From: Convolutriloba macropyga
Taxonomy: Eukaryota
Direction of reading: 5' to 3'
NCBI RefSeq assembly: GCF_964194025.1
Contig: NC_134481.1
Location: forward strand, 41,478,001 to 41,542,000
Length of the DNA stretch: 64,000 nt
The notes under the pieces were generated by a model, which saw only the letters and a program-made list of their open reading frames with translations, searched no databases and was not told where the DNA came from. Position 1 is the stretch's first letter; each line of letters begins with the position of its first letter. Shown one piece after another: positions 26,444 through 38,978 of this stretch. Position numbers and translations under genes: made by a program.

Positions 26444-26809
26444 TTCTTCTGAAAGTCAGAACTTAGTGATAAGAACAACGTTAGTTATCAAATGTTTTTA
26501 AATAAAAAAGTTCCTGCCTTAATTTTTGAATTAAAACACGGACGTGCAAGATTGAAAATGACCATAGTCTGCAGAGCCAGACATAAAAATGTAGGAATTT
26601 TCTATAAATGAGCATCGAAAGTAAGTTCCATGTTCAGTCTAAGTTCAAAAACTTTTTATTTAGCTAACTTTAGGATGGGAAACTAACGGGTGCTATCAAT
26701 TATAAAACACAATTTGAAACAATAATTTTTGGGTCTTCCCATTATAGCCCCCCTAATAATGGTATAAATACAGTAAAAGAAACCAATTTGTCAAATTAAA
26801 ATTACTTCC

Positions 26810-27620
26810 GATACTTAAAACAAATGTTTTCGAACTTTACGTTCATCGTCAGGTTAAAACTGTTTCACAAATGGTTAAAGGATAAAATGAATATATATTT
26901 ACATGCAATTGCGAATTGCAAGTGGTTTTTATAACGCGGAAATTAAGATCATGCCTCCCCACTCTGAAATCATCTTTCGATAGAGACCTGAAATCCCACG
27001 TGGTGTATGAGATAAAATGTAATGGATGCGGATCCATCTATGTTGGGCAAACAAGCCGACATGTTACCACAAGGATAACAGAACATCAAAAAAAGGATTC
27101 ACAGGTGGGTCAACATTTGGTTAATGTTGTGGCGCCACGAATGACATTGAAAGGAAAATTCTTGACGCCAGTCGGACAGTAGAAAAGCTAATGACTATCG
27201 AAGCTGTATACATCAGCAAGCTGAAGCCGGCACTAAACACATGCAATGAATATAGGGGGCGGGAACTCACGCTAAAATATTAGTTCAAATCATAATTTTG
27301 ACGAAATGAGAATGCATAGGGCAAAAAACATTTTGTGCAAGACAAAACGAAATTTGCAAAACCTCCACAAGAGGGATACTTAGGGTTAGAGCAAATTCGG
27401 AATACCCCTAAAAATACAAAAACATGGCCAAAATCGAAAAACCCGGAATAGGAATGTTTTTAAAGAAATTGATAACGGATGTAAATATGAGTTGTAAATA
27501 GGCTAAATTTTGTATATAGGAAAAAATTTTCGATTGAATTTTTTAGAATAGTTCCTAGAATTTTTTTAATTGTGGTCTCAGAAAAATGTAAATACATATT
27601 CATTTTATCCTTTAATTTAC
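26810..27620 (+). mobile_element. 5'-truncated Penelope-like element: GIY-YIG fragment with inverted pLTR
   Basis: HVVYEIKCNGCGSIYVGQTSRHVTTRITEH...KPALNTCNEY...LTLKY*. 26874-26903 is the reverse complement of 27586-27618. Confidence 0.85.
26815..26858 (-). ncRNA. Minimal type I hammerhead-ribozyme-like motif in inverted pLTR
   Basis: Minus strand reads TTAAC-CTGACGA-TGAAC-GTAAA-GTTC-GAAA-ACATTTGTT. Confidence 0.55.
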
Positions 27621-28534
27621 GGGTTGGCGAAACCATACATTTCCATTAACCTTGGGGGCTAAAATGATAACCTCAAATTTTTTTGCGGTGCAGAGATCTG
27701 ATGAAGTTCGTCTATTTGAAGGCAATATATGGTGTCATGTCAAAATGGGGCTTAACCAGAAACAGAAAACGTACAGTGGCGTACTTTTTTAAAAAAAATT
27801 GAATTTATACTATTTTTCTAATTGCCCCCATGTTTTTTACACCTCCAGTTACGACTTAGATATTGCTATATTGCACGTTGCTATGTAAAAAGTAGTATGT
27901 GCTCCTGGGGGCGTGAAATATATAAGTGCACAAAGCCGGGGGCCAAAAAGGAATAGATCCAGTGATTTTCCTCTTACAGCTTCTCTCGGCATGAGATTAT
28001 AACACTCCATTATAGTACAATTACAATGATTGGGTGGGGAAGATATTAATTTAAAACTAAACTGCGCGTGGGGGCTCTACTTGGAAATCCCCACAAACGA
28101 TAAAACGAAGCTGAGGGGAAGCGGGCACGAAAATATCGCATTTATGTTATAACTAATCGAAGACATCCACTGAAAAAATACAAACTACGGTAACCATAGT
28201 GCATAGTGTGATATAGCTAAAAAGAGTTAAAATCCGATATAAAATGGTTAAATTACTCGACCGTTTTCGCAATAACTTGCGTTGTCACAGGAGTTTGAAA
28301 CTCGTCTAATAAATAGATAATCAAGCAACGTGTCTTGATTATCTGTTTACATTTGCGAATTTTTCTAAAATTGCAACAGGTTTCTACCTTAAAGTTTGTT
28401 AAAATGCAAAAGAGCTTTAAACTTTTACATTTTTTTCTGTGTGAGTTTTGAATAGATTTTTGTTTTGATCCACAATATAACGTCGCTCACATGGCAATTC
28501 AAAAAATTTTTTTGGCATAACATGCTTTCTGCGT

Positions 28535-28930
28535 TTAATATTTCAGTGTTGGCCCCTGCTTTTGTACTCGTCCCGCGTATTCAGTTGTTGCTTGCGTCTA
28601 CTATTGTGTAGAGCTTGTATGGTCAAAAAATTTTCGGTATCCTGGCACTGATCAATTATCTTTTAATTAAAGGCTGTTAGAGCCCCACATCACTCCAAAA
28701 AATGTTGTCCCACCCTAGAATCGGTTTTTCATGCTCAAAAATTCTCGTGGCCAAATGTAGACACGTTTTTCCGACATAGGTGTAATCACATCCACAACAA
28801 CTGAGTTCGTAGACCACATGAGACTTCAGATAGCTATCAAAACTAAATTTCAGGGACGGTAGGCATGTACGTAGTTTTCGCGTTGTGAAGATGGTTGCCT
28901 CTTTTGCACGGACAGTGATATGCTTTTGCA
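28535..28930 (-). mobile_element. Penelope-like GIY-YIG fragment
   Basis: IFTTRKLRTCLPSLK...KSHVVYELSCCGCDYTYVGKTCLHLATRIFEH, ending in a QQLNTRDEY-like tail. Confidence 0.8.
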
Positions 28931-29049
28931 AGGAATAACAGTGTGATATCCTTTTGCAAATAATTTTATGCATAGTTATATTCATCTTTTTCAATAATCT
29001 ACATCCGGTGAACAGCCTGCCTCTGACCATCTCCCAGACCTAAAACCAT

Positions 29050-29181
29050 TGCTCTAAGTGTTCTATTCACCTCCGAGGGGGTGGAGTTTGGTGCTACAGT
29101 TGCGGCACATATATGCATATAAAATGCAGCGGCCTGTCAACTAAAAACGATCACCATCTAAACTTCATTTGCAAACACTGC
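29050..29181 (+). pseudogene. Isolated PHD-finger remnant (possibly LINE ORF1)
   Basis: CSKC...VWCYSCGTYMHIKC...FICKHC fits C4HC3. An in-frame TAA lies just upstream. An APE-like QFIDRSTHKHGSPL fragment lies nearby at ~30450. Confidence 0.6.
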
Positions 29182-29685
29182 AGTGAATATGCAAAAACTG
29201 ACCTACAAAAAAAACAGCTGAACATAGCCCGACAACCTCAATCGAGACACTCAGGGAATACCGCGACCAATTTCTCAAATTACCAGCTTTTGAAGGAGTA
29301 AACAATAATAATGTTTACATTTTTGGGAACTTCAGTTTCTCTAGAGTCGATCGGTGTAAGCAAACCTCTGAAAATCTTATTTACGTCTTAATTGTCAACG
29401 TGAACGATTTTGTACAACTATCCAAACATAATATTACATACAACGCAGGACGAAGTGTGCAACCCAAGCCAGCTCTAGTCAGACTGAGTTGTTTCGCTCA
29501 CATGAGGTACCAGACTATTCAGAACGCAATAAGCTCTGGTCACACAAACTTATATTGCTCAATGGTATTGTCAGACATTCTAGCGTTGTGCAGTGTTAGT
29601 AACCCGAATGACACGTCAAACCATTGAAGTAACAATGATCATTTAAGTAAGGTATTAATTTCAAAATATAGACGTAATTTTAATG

Positions 29686-29836
29686 GGATCTTTTCCGTTT
29701 GTGCCCCCCCTCCCCAGTACGTTATGCTCCCCCCAGTTACAGAACACGTGTCATTACATAGTAAATCATTATGTAAAAATATTGCACGTGCATCTGGGGG
29801 TGGCTGGGGGGGGGGGGGCACAAACGGAAAAGATCC
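29686..29836. mobile_element. MITE with 8-bp TSD (possibly Merlin-like)
   Basis: TIR GGATCTTTTCCGTTTGTGCCCCCC and perfect TSD TTTTAATG. Confidence 0.9.
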
Positions 29837-30225
29837 TTTTAATGTATATGCAGAGAGAGTTGCATCATGTTTTCCAAAAAAAATTTTTTTGAGAAGCTTT
29901 TTCGAATTTTAAGGACAACTCTAAGAGAACTACAAGTATTTACAAACTAAATGTGGACAGTTCAAAAATAAAATAACAAGAAAAAGCGGAAATTCAGAAA
30001 AACAAGTTGAAGCAGTACATACAGTTTTTAAAATGAGGTTCTTGATCCGTCTCGTGATGAATGCACAAAGGACTGTATTTATTCCTCTGTACATAAATGC
30101 ACAAGAATTTTGAATTTTGGGCACACGACAATCTGGTAAATGCACAAAAGTCTGAACATGAACGCAAGAAAATCTGGACTCGGAAGTCGAACTCAAGAAA
30201 GTCTGGAGAAAACATAAAAGTCTGG

Positions 30226-30395
30226 GGATCTTTTCCGTTTGTGCCCCCCCAGCTTAGTGGGTGCATATTATTTGCAACCCCCAGATGCACGTGCAATATT
30301 TTTACATAATGATTTACAATGTAATGACACGTGCTCTGTAACTGCGGGAGCATAACGTACTGGGGGGGGGGGGGGGGCACAAACGGAAAAGATCC
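30226..30395. mobile_element. MITE with 8-bp TSD, inverted relative to the 29686 copy
   Basis: Same TIR and perfect TSD AAGTCTGG. Confidence 0.9.
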
Positions 30396-30711
30396 AAGTC
30401 TGGACATGAACACAATTTCAAAGAGCTAATCAATGATTTCGGTTGGAATCAGTTCATAGATCGAAGTACACATAAACACGGTAGTCCACTTGGACTGCTT
30501 TTAACATGTGCAAGTTCCCTTTGGATTATTTAAACAAGTTAAACTGACCGCAGAGCAGTTTGCTTCTAAATAGAGCTCTCATCTGATAAGATTATTGGAA
30601 AGGTTTTAAAGTTTACCTAGAAAATGTCCTTGTTTAACCATTAAACCTTCACTTAAAGTTTGAAAAAAATTTCAGTTCTTAACTGTAGACTCGTGTTTTA
30701 GTTGTCAACGT

Positions 30712-31332
30712 TGTAATATCCGGCCACTATGTACGGTTACGGGTTGGGCTGGGGATTTTTCTAAAGCACTTTAAAACCTCGGGGTTACTGATGCAAATCT
30801 TCTAAGTCTAAGACTAATTAATTATTAAGCTGTAAATATTAAAGCTGTTCAATATAGAGTTAGACTTATTGGTCGAAAATACAATAAGTTTCAAAAGGTT
30901 ACAAAGTGTAAAGCTAATAAGAGAAAGGCAGCCCAATTATATGAGGTTTAGTTTTGAATATGGTCTTTGCTTTCAGTCCTATCAATGGTTGAATATTCTT
31001 AGGTTATTTTTACCCATTTTCTGTAATCTCTTTGGGATTTTCTCAAAGTTATTTTCTACCGCACGGGTCCCTGTTAGTTAAACTAACAGATAACAGGTGT
31101 ACCTGCCTGACGAATCCCGTCAAGAACAAACATTTCTTGACGTCTCCCGTCAAGATGACATTCCGTGACGATTCCCATCATTATTTATGATGCTTTCTTT
31201 ATATTGTTAAAATCCGGTTTACTCTTAGTAACCATGTTTTTTTGTTCTCTCATTTATTGTGAAAATTTCGAATTGTGTGTTCACTATGTATTTTATGAGC
31301 ATCTCATACATTAAGTTCTATGGTTTACTACA
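30712..31332 (-). repeat. 3' LTR
   Basis: TGTAATATCC...TTTACTACA. Adjacent PPT CTAAGAGGGAGGCAG (minus strand, 31333-31347). Confidence 0.92.
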
Positions 31333-31384
31333 CTGCCTCCCTCTTAGAAAATGTGAGTGTTCCACTTACTCACAAGCAAGAGTT

Positions 31385-32238
31385 TCAAAGGTCCATTCTC
31401 GAGTTCATATATTCCTCTGCTTTTTCAATCCCGTGCCTGTCATAAATATTACGGGCCTCCTCATCTTCCATAATTTTCTTTGCCTGAAGAATAATTTTGA
31501 ACAGGTCCTCCCGACCACCCTTGTCCAGATGACAGAGCATTGCCATTTTTTTGAGATGTTTTTTGAAATGTTTCTGGATAGTACTCGTCGTGGCCCCTTG
31601 TGGCAGGAATAGAAGCTCATAAAAGTTCGGAGGTCGACTGAACGGTCTCTGCGCGTTGATCGCCTCCAGTCTCCTCTGGATGACCTTCGTTGAGGTCTGT
31701 TCTGTTCATATCCTAGTCCTTAGTTTTCTGATATCTATCTCAGCATTCTCCAAATCCCGAGCTAAACACTCCCGCTCATCCACCAGAGCGATACATTCTC
31801 TTGTCTTTGTTTCGGCTACATTCGTAACCTCCGCCAACTCTTTCTTCAATGTTTCCACCTGCCTCCTGCAGGACTCCCGCTGATTCCCAGCGTATTCAAG
31901 CAGTCGTTTGATCTCAAGCAATTGATCGCTTTACCTTTGACTTTCAAGTTTTAACTGCCGGAGCTCCTCTTCGGGCCGAGCCCGGCAGTTCCCAGCGTTT
32001 TGCTGTTGTCAATCTTTTTTTGCTGTTCCTCGATTCTCTGATGCATCCCATTTAAGTCCATAACACTAATTGCGGCTCTATCCACTATATTGGGTGGTTG
32101 CAGCTGCGTCAATTGCACCACGTATCTTTTATTTGAGGTTACTCCAACAATCTGATACACTTGGTGCCTGACTATCGACCTGACCTCGAACAACTCGGGT
32201 AGATAGTAGAAATAATTGCCGATTTTTGGTTCTGCCAT
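31385..32238 (-). pseudogene. Gypsy accessory ORF4: coiled coil plus C-terminal DnaJ J-domain
   Basis: After one frameshift and two stops: ...NFYELLFLPQGATTSTIQKHFKKHLKKMAMLCHLDKGGREDLFKIILQAKKIMEDEEARNIYDRHG (31430-31627). Confidence 0.8.
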
Positions 32239-32328
32239 TCCTACATATCATACATTTAAATTAATCTAATGTGTCGATCTCAATTTCTGTCATATCTGGT
32301 ACAGATTTAGCCTTTTTTGCTGTTATAA

Positions 32329-34274
32329 CTACAATGTCTGTATTACCATCACACAGTTCAACTGTTCTTTTCTGGTCAATTTTTGTTCCTTAGTACGTTG
32401 TTTTAGATGATGAAAATAACCCAGTTCCCCCCTTGGGTTAATGGGTTGCAGAGCCATCACAGGATTGGTGCCACTGCGTAGCATATCGATTAAAAAAACA
32501 CACGTACCAAACAAAATACCATTTTTAATCCAATAAAAATAGTCATCAAACTGATCGTTATTTCTCTGGCCACACGCCAGACTTGTTTCACTTCATTACC
32601 CAGGTATTCAAAACTCAGCAATTCATGCCACTGGTGATTGTACTTCCAGTCCGTGTTGAAATACTCTAGAGTCTCATGCTCATATAAACCTCCTTGTCCC
32701 AGGAAAACGTCTCGTCCTGTAATCGTTTTTCTCGAATGCCTTAACCTTTGGGCCCTCTTGCTGAGTTCAAGGTCTTTGTCATTGAAAAACCCTTCCATTG
32801 GCGCGGAGGTTGGCCAATTGACGTTAACTCTGTAATTAGGCATATCATTGGGTTTATCAATCAGTTATATTCGTCTGCCATATGTTATCCATGACCCATT
32901 CTGCAGTTCAAGAGCGTTCGGGTACATGGGGTTGCAATTAATCAGAGGGAAATTTCTATAGAATACTCTATAAAAAGGGTCCATGTATCTAATTCCTTCT
33001 GAACTATTGTCAGAAGATACCCTAATTGGTACTTCCTCGGTACAAAACTGGTTTTCTACAACATGTACGATAACTTTAGCGCACCTATGGACATAAAGTA
33101 TTCCTCCCTCTCTTTTTGCGTGTGTACCCAGAGCGTTTTGTTGATTTAGGAAAAGTTGATGTGAGTTTCCGTTAATTGGTGTCGTTAAAATCATAGCTCT
33201 GTGCTGTGTTTCTATGTGACAAATTAATAACTCTATTTGTTTCAGATTTTCAAACATGCCTCGAAAATCCCACACAAAAAGTTGGTCGAGTTTTATTTCC
33301 CTGAGATCTGTTGGTGAAAAATTTTGTTCGGTGGCCGTCAACGTTTCCTTTGTGTAAAACAAATTTCTGCGGTTTGTTTCAAAAAGCTGAAAATGGTCTA
33401 TCTGTTTTGTCCTGTTTTTCAACTGAACAACTAAATTTTTTATTCTGTCCAATGTGCTCGTCAAGTACTTTTTATTCCCAGCGCGGACTGTTTTTGCTGT
33501 TATCGATCCTGAAAATTTAACTATCGTTAAGATATTTAGTTTTTTTTGTCTTGATCGGAAAAATAATTTACTGAATCTGTTTCAAATGTGTCTCCTTGAT
33601 ATAACAAGGTCTGCTCCTGTTTCAGAGGGTCTTTAAAATATAACCATGTTCCTTCATTCGCTTCTCTAGTGTCAATGAACAAAGTCCCCATGAAAATTTA
33701 TCATGATTACAAGAAATTATCTGTGTTTCACCTTTTGGATTGATCCACTCCACGGGGTAGACATAATTCACTCCTTTTTCATCTCCGCCTTTCATGAATG
33801 TTTTTGATACCTTCTGAGCAAACTCTGCGTCGGTTCTGTCAACATTCATCTCATTAAGGACTTCTTTAGGAGCATTGAATTCAAAGTCACCAAGAGCCGA
33901 TAACCGCGCTCTGTGTCCCTGCCATAGGTTTTGGCAGACTGATTCTTTTATTGGGTAAAACGTTGGAATTATTTTTGATTTTTCGTTTAAGTAAGTTGCG
34001 TCGTCATACCAAACACTTTTTTTTCAGCACAGTTACCGTATATGCAGCCCTGTACATGCAGTTTTTTTAGTTTAGTCCTGCTGCTCCTGGCGTAGATGCG
34101 TCCTCCTTTATTTACCTGCTCCTCGTTTATGAGTGACGTTTCGCATTTTGTCCGTTCCGTCATGGCAAATTTTTGCGTCTGCAGAATGTTCTCAAAATCA
34201 TACCCCACAATCTCCAAAGATTGTGATAAACCTACTATGCTAACCAATTGGAGAAATTTCCAGTTCAGCTGCAC
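32329..34274 (-). pseudogene. env: env-like glycoprotein (chuvirus/herpes gB-like class III fusogen), frameshifted
   Basis: Signal peptide and IVGYD, then EGGILYVHRCAKVIV..CTEEVPI..YMDPFYRV..CNPMYP..NGSW, GFFNDKDL, and a C-terminal hydrophobic TM segment. Confidence 0.75.
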
Positions 34275-34381
34275 GTTCCAATGTGGGTTCCATGCCCTCT
34301 GCCTGTTGTCGTATCACCTTTTTTTTAAAAAAATACATCATTATCAAACTTTTCATCTGAATCGTCATCCTTGAATAAAAA

Positions 34382-37300
34382 TTAGGCTTTGAGTTTCCGT
34401 GGTCTTGTTTTTCCCGACGCACTTCTTGTTTGATATCGTCGTTCGGTAACATTTTGCGAAGTAGAAGCCGTGCTTCTATTTGAAAATTCTTCGCCTTCAC
34501 TCGTTTCGGACGTTGCCACCAGGCTATCCCGCTTCTGCTGTGTGGCTACTTTAGGAGCAGGTATCTTTGTGCTTCTGCTTTTGTTGTTTGTGTTAGTATT
34601 TATTGATTCTCTTGTACTCCCACCCATTGGTGTTTCAATCAATTCCTCCTTGACTGTCTCCTTGTGAGCTTCAGTACTATGGTTAATTTGACTATTATTC
34701 TCTTCAGAATTCACTTCTCTTCTTCCTGTGTCATTCAATTTTGGAGTGACCACCTCAATTTCCACGAAATCATTGTCCTCCGTAAGGTCATTTTGGGATA
34801 TTCTCGGTTCACTATTTGCCTTCTTAGGTTCTTTTTTATCAGTGGCAGCACTTCTACTGTTAAAACGTTTGAGTCGATCGCAGTGGATTTTTTGTCGTTT
34901 TTTCGTTTTCACATCCTCAATAACAAAGTTTACATCGTTGATTATTTCACGTATTACTTGAGGTACCCTGTAAAATGATTTAAATTTCTTTGTCCGGACA
35001 GTTTTCATTGTGGGGTTGAACACCATTACTAAATCACCTACTTCATATTGTGGTCCAAATGTTCTACGGTCATAGTAGGTTTTCTGTCTTTCTTGCTCCA
35101 CATCCATGCTTTCCCGAACCAGTTCATGGCACATCTGTAAATCTTCTTTCAAGCAACCAACGTAATCACTCAAGGTTTGGTAGATTTTGGTTTGTATTGT
35201 TTGATAAATGCAATCAATCGGTAGCGCGCATGATCGTCCAAAAAGGAGGTAAAAGGGGCTGTACTTGGTAACAGAATGAATTGATGATCTGTACGCCATC
35301 ATTACTAGCGGAAGATAGTCGCTCCAGGTTTTGTGATGTTCACCCACATATTTTGCAAAACTCTCTTTGATTGTGCGATTGGTGCTCTCTATCATTGCGT
35401 TTCCTTGAGGATGATAAGCTGTTGTTGATGTCCTGTTAATTCCCAGCTCTTTACACATACTCTTGAAAAGATTCGAAATGAAGTTACTGCCCTTTTTGCT
35501 ATGGAGAGTTGCCGGACAACCAAACCTTGAAACCCATACGTTTACAAAAGCCTTAGCTACCGTTGAAGCTTCTTGGTTGCTCATGGGAATTGCTTCACAC
35601 CATTTTGTAAACTGATCTCCAATTAACAGATTGTATTTGTTTCCACTTGACGCAGGTAAAGGTCCCATAATGTCCAAAGCGACTTGCCAAAACGGATGAC
35701 TTGGTTTCTACGTTGTCAGGCTGTGTAAGTGTTTCTGGTGTGGAGACTTCTTTTGACAGCATACTTCGCAAGAACTTACCCACTCGCGAACATCTTTTTT
35801 CATCCCGGGCCAGTAGAATATTTCTCGAACCCGATCAAATGTCTTGACCGTATCAAAATGTCCGCATTGTTTATGAAGGAAAGGTAGAATTTTTTTATAA
35901 GTGATCTCTGAATGACTATTTGTGTTAAGTTGTTAATTTCTTCAATACGTTTCTGTCTCTTGATCAGATCATTTTCAATTTGTAAGTTTCTGAAATCAGT
36001 CCAAGTTTTCCACAGGGCTCTAGAGGCTCCTGCCATGTTTTTTCGTTGAGGGCGTCTCCCGTTCTCAATCCAGTTTCTTAGTATAATGAGGTCGGCTGCA
36101 TTTTTTCGATGTTCAATTAGTTGTTCAACAGATTTCCCTAGTCCAATGGATCAGATGTTTTTGTCTTCCGTATTTACTTGGTTCGCTTGATCGTAGTTTT
36201 TGACTTATTTTTCTGTCTGTGAAACTTTCGACAGACAGTCAGCGTGAGGGATCTTTTTTCCTGCTTTGTGTTTGATTTCAAAATCAAACTGTCCGAGCTT
36301 TTCTATCCATCTGGCCAATAATCCGTCTGGTTCCTTAAAACTATATAACCAGGTGAGGGCCTTATGGTCGGTAATAATTACAAACTTTTGTCCCAGAAGA
36401 TATTTTTTGAAGTGTTAAGTGAAATAAACTATTGCAAAAAGTTCTCGTTTTGTCGCAGAATAGTTTCGTTGACTTTTGCTGAGCGTTTTGCTTGCGTATG
36501 CAATAACTCTTTCACCCCATTGTTGTCTTTGGGAAATAATTGCGCCAATGCCAAACAGAGAGGCGTCGGTGGTTAACGTATAAAGATCCGTGTCATTCGG
36601 ATAACCCAATATTGGCGCTTTTTATAATGCTTGTTATAGTTGTTCAACTGCTGGTTCACACTCTTTGATCCAAAAAAAAACGTTCCTTTGTTTAATAGCT
36701 TATAAAACGGCTCTGCTATTTTTCCAAAATCTTGTATGAATCTTCTGTAAAAACCAAATAGTCCTAATATTGCTCTCAATTCCTTTAATGTTCGTGGACT
36801 TTTCATTTTACTGACTACCGCTACTTTCTCCGGATCCACTTCTACGCCTTGATTTGATACAATGTGTCCCAGGAAATGAATTTTTTCCTAAAAAATTCTA
36901 CATTTTGAGCCTATGATTTTCAATCCAGCGTCTTTAAGTCGTCCAATAACGAGATCTAGACGGTTGAGATGCTCCTCAAAGGATCTACCGAAGATGATTA
37001 TGTCATCCAGGTATACTAAAGCCGCTTCATAAGAGAGTCCCGCCATGATCAATTCCATTAAATTGTGGAATGCTCATAGCGCTGACGCCAAACCCATGGG
37101 TAGTCTCTTCCACTTGTAGATTCCCATTGGAGTTACAAAAGCTGTCACGTTCTGGGACTCTTCATCCAGCGCCATTTGAAAATATCCCGATGTCAAATCG
37201 ATATTGGAAGAATAATAATTTCCGTCTAGAGAGTCAATAACGTCATTTATTCTTGGTAGCGGCCAACTGGTTATCTCGATTTGTTTGTTCAAGCCTCTGT

Positions 37301-38298
37301 AATCTACAACTAGTCTGTAGCTGCCATCTTTCTTTTTCACCAATATTGATGGTGCTGCCCAATACGAATGGGTTGGTTCAATTAATTTTGCTTCCTCTAG
37401 TTCTTCGACAATTTTTTTCATTGCTTTTCTTTTATCAAAACCCATACTGCAATAACCTCTTCTGAATGGCTGTGCATATTTGTTGAGTTCAATTTGGTGT
37501 TTAATTTTGTCACAATATCCTAAGTCATTCGAGTTTCGGGAGAAACCTTGTTGATGTCTCATGAACAATTCCTGTACTTTCTTTTTCTGCTGCTTTTGTA
37601 GATTAGAACCTTCCAAATTTGCGTGTTTTCCTATTTGAAAAGTTTTCAATGTTTTTGGCTTATTTTGATCTGTGAAAATTCCATTCACAGCTAAGTTCTG
37701 TTTGTTTTCAAAATAAGTTCCTACTTTAGTGCTTTTATACACGGTCACTGGTGCGTCCGTTAGATTTAAGACTTTTATCCTACTAGAACCATCTTTCATT
37801 GATATCATACAGGCGGCTAAAAGCAAACCAGTCTTTAGTTCAAAATCTTTCATAGCTTCAACTAATCCTTCCACTCCCGGAATTTCTTCTCCGTTTTCAT
37901 CAGCTGATCTAATTCTCATTAGACTTTCGTTTTTACTCTGTATATAAGTGTTTTGTCCCGCAACTGCAAAAACCTGAACACCTTGCGTTTTCTCTGTGGT
38001 AAGCGGTATTGAAATTTTAAAGTGACTGCTATATAGTTTCTCTTCGCGTAAGTTCAATACATATTTGTTGGTTTTCAGGAAATTAATTCTCAGCAGACAT
38101 TCTATACCTTCGTCTGCCGTTATCACAAATTCTTGTTCAACCTCCGGTATTCATGGTTGCAACTGTACCATCAGCTTCACTCTTCTTATTATTTTGACAG
38201 CTGAGTTATTGGCTGTTTACACTCGTTTTGTGTATGTTTGCACAATTCCCGGTTTGCCCAGTTTTTCGTATGTGGACCAACTCAAAAGCAATATAAAC
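34382..38298 (-). pseudogene. pol: Gypsy pol (partial PR, RT, RNase H, integrase)
   Basis: WAAPSILVKKKDGSYRLVVDYRGLN, DLTSGYFQ, LVYLDDIIIFG (~37010), TTDASLFGIGA..YSATKRELFA, DIMGPLP..YHPQGNAMIE. Confidence 0.95.
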
Positions 38299-38978
38299 CT
38301 TTGGTTTCGACGGTTCTCTCGCTGTTTGTCATCTACTGACAATTGGTTCACAAGCCTGGTGACGGCCTCTACTAAATCTTTCGTTTCATCCCGTCTAATT
38401 ACCGCAACTTTTGTTGTTTGCTCTTCCTCTTCTATTCTTGTTACAGCTTCTAGATGCAATGCTCGTTCCAAAACTGTTTCAAAACTCATATCCTTGTCGC
38501 CGATTTGCTTTCTGAGATCTAACCTCACCTGACTATGGTTGATTCCTTCTAGAAATCCTCTCAGAACGAGATGGTCTCTAATGTCCTGCAACTCCGTTGG
38601 GTAAGCTTCCAAAGCCAACTGCTTTAAATCTACCAGAAAATCTGTCAGTTTTTCTCCTGGTTGCTGTACGCGGCCAGCTAGCCGTCCCCGGAAAACGACC
38701 GGTTTTTCACTACAGTGTTCTCAAAAAGCTTTAATAAATTCATCATAGTTTTCTCTTGTAGCTTGCGGTAGAGTGCGATAGAACTCTATGGCAGATTTTT
38801 GTAGCCTAAGTGCAAAGTAATGCGGCCGTTCATCAACTTCGCGGGCCGGATCTCCTTCAGTTCGTTTCCACTTTTGTAGTTCCGCTAATAGCTCAAAATG
38901 CTTCACGTAGCTCTCCAATTCGTTTGAACCAGTAAATGCTTCCGGTAATAGCATTCTAGAGGTCGAGCCCGTTGCCAA
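38298..38978 (-). pseudogene. gag: Gypsy gag (one internal stop; 3' end and protease DTG motif deleted)
   Basis: PEAFTGSNELESYVKHFE...RVQQPGEKLTDFLVDLKQLALEAYP...FLEGI. Confidence 0.85.
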
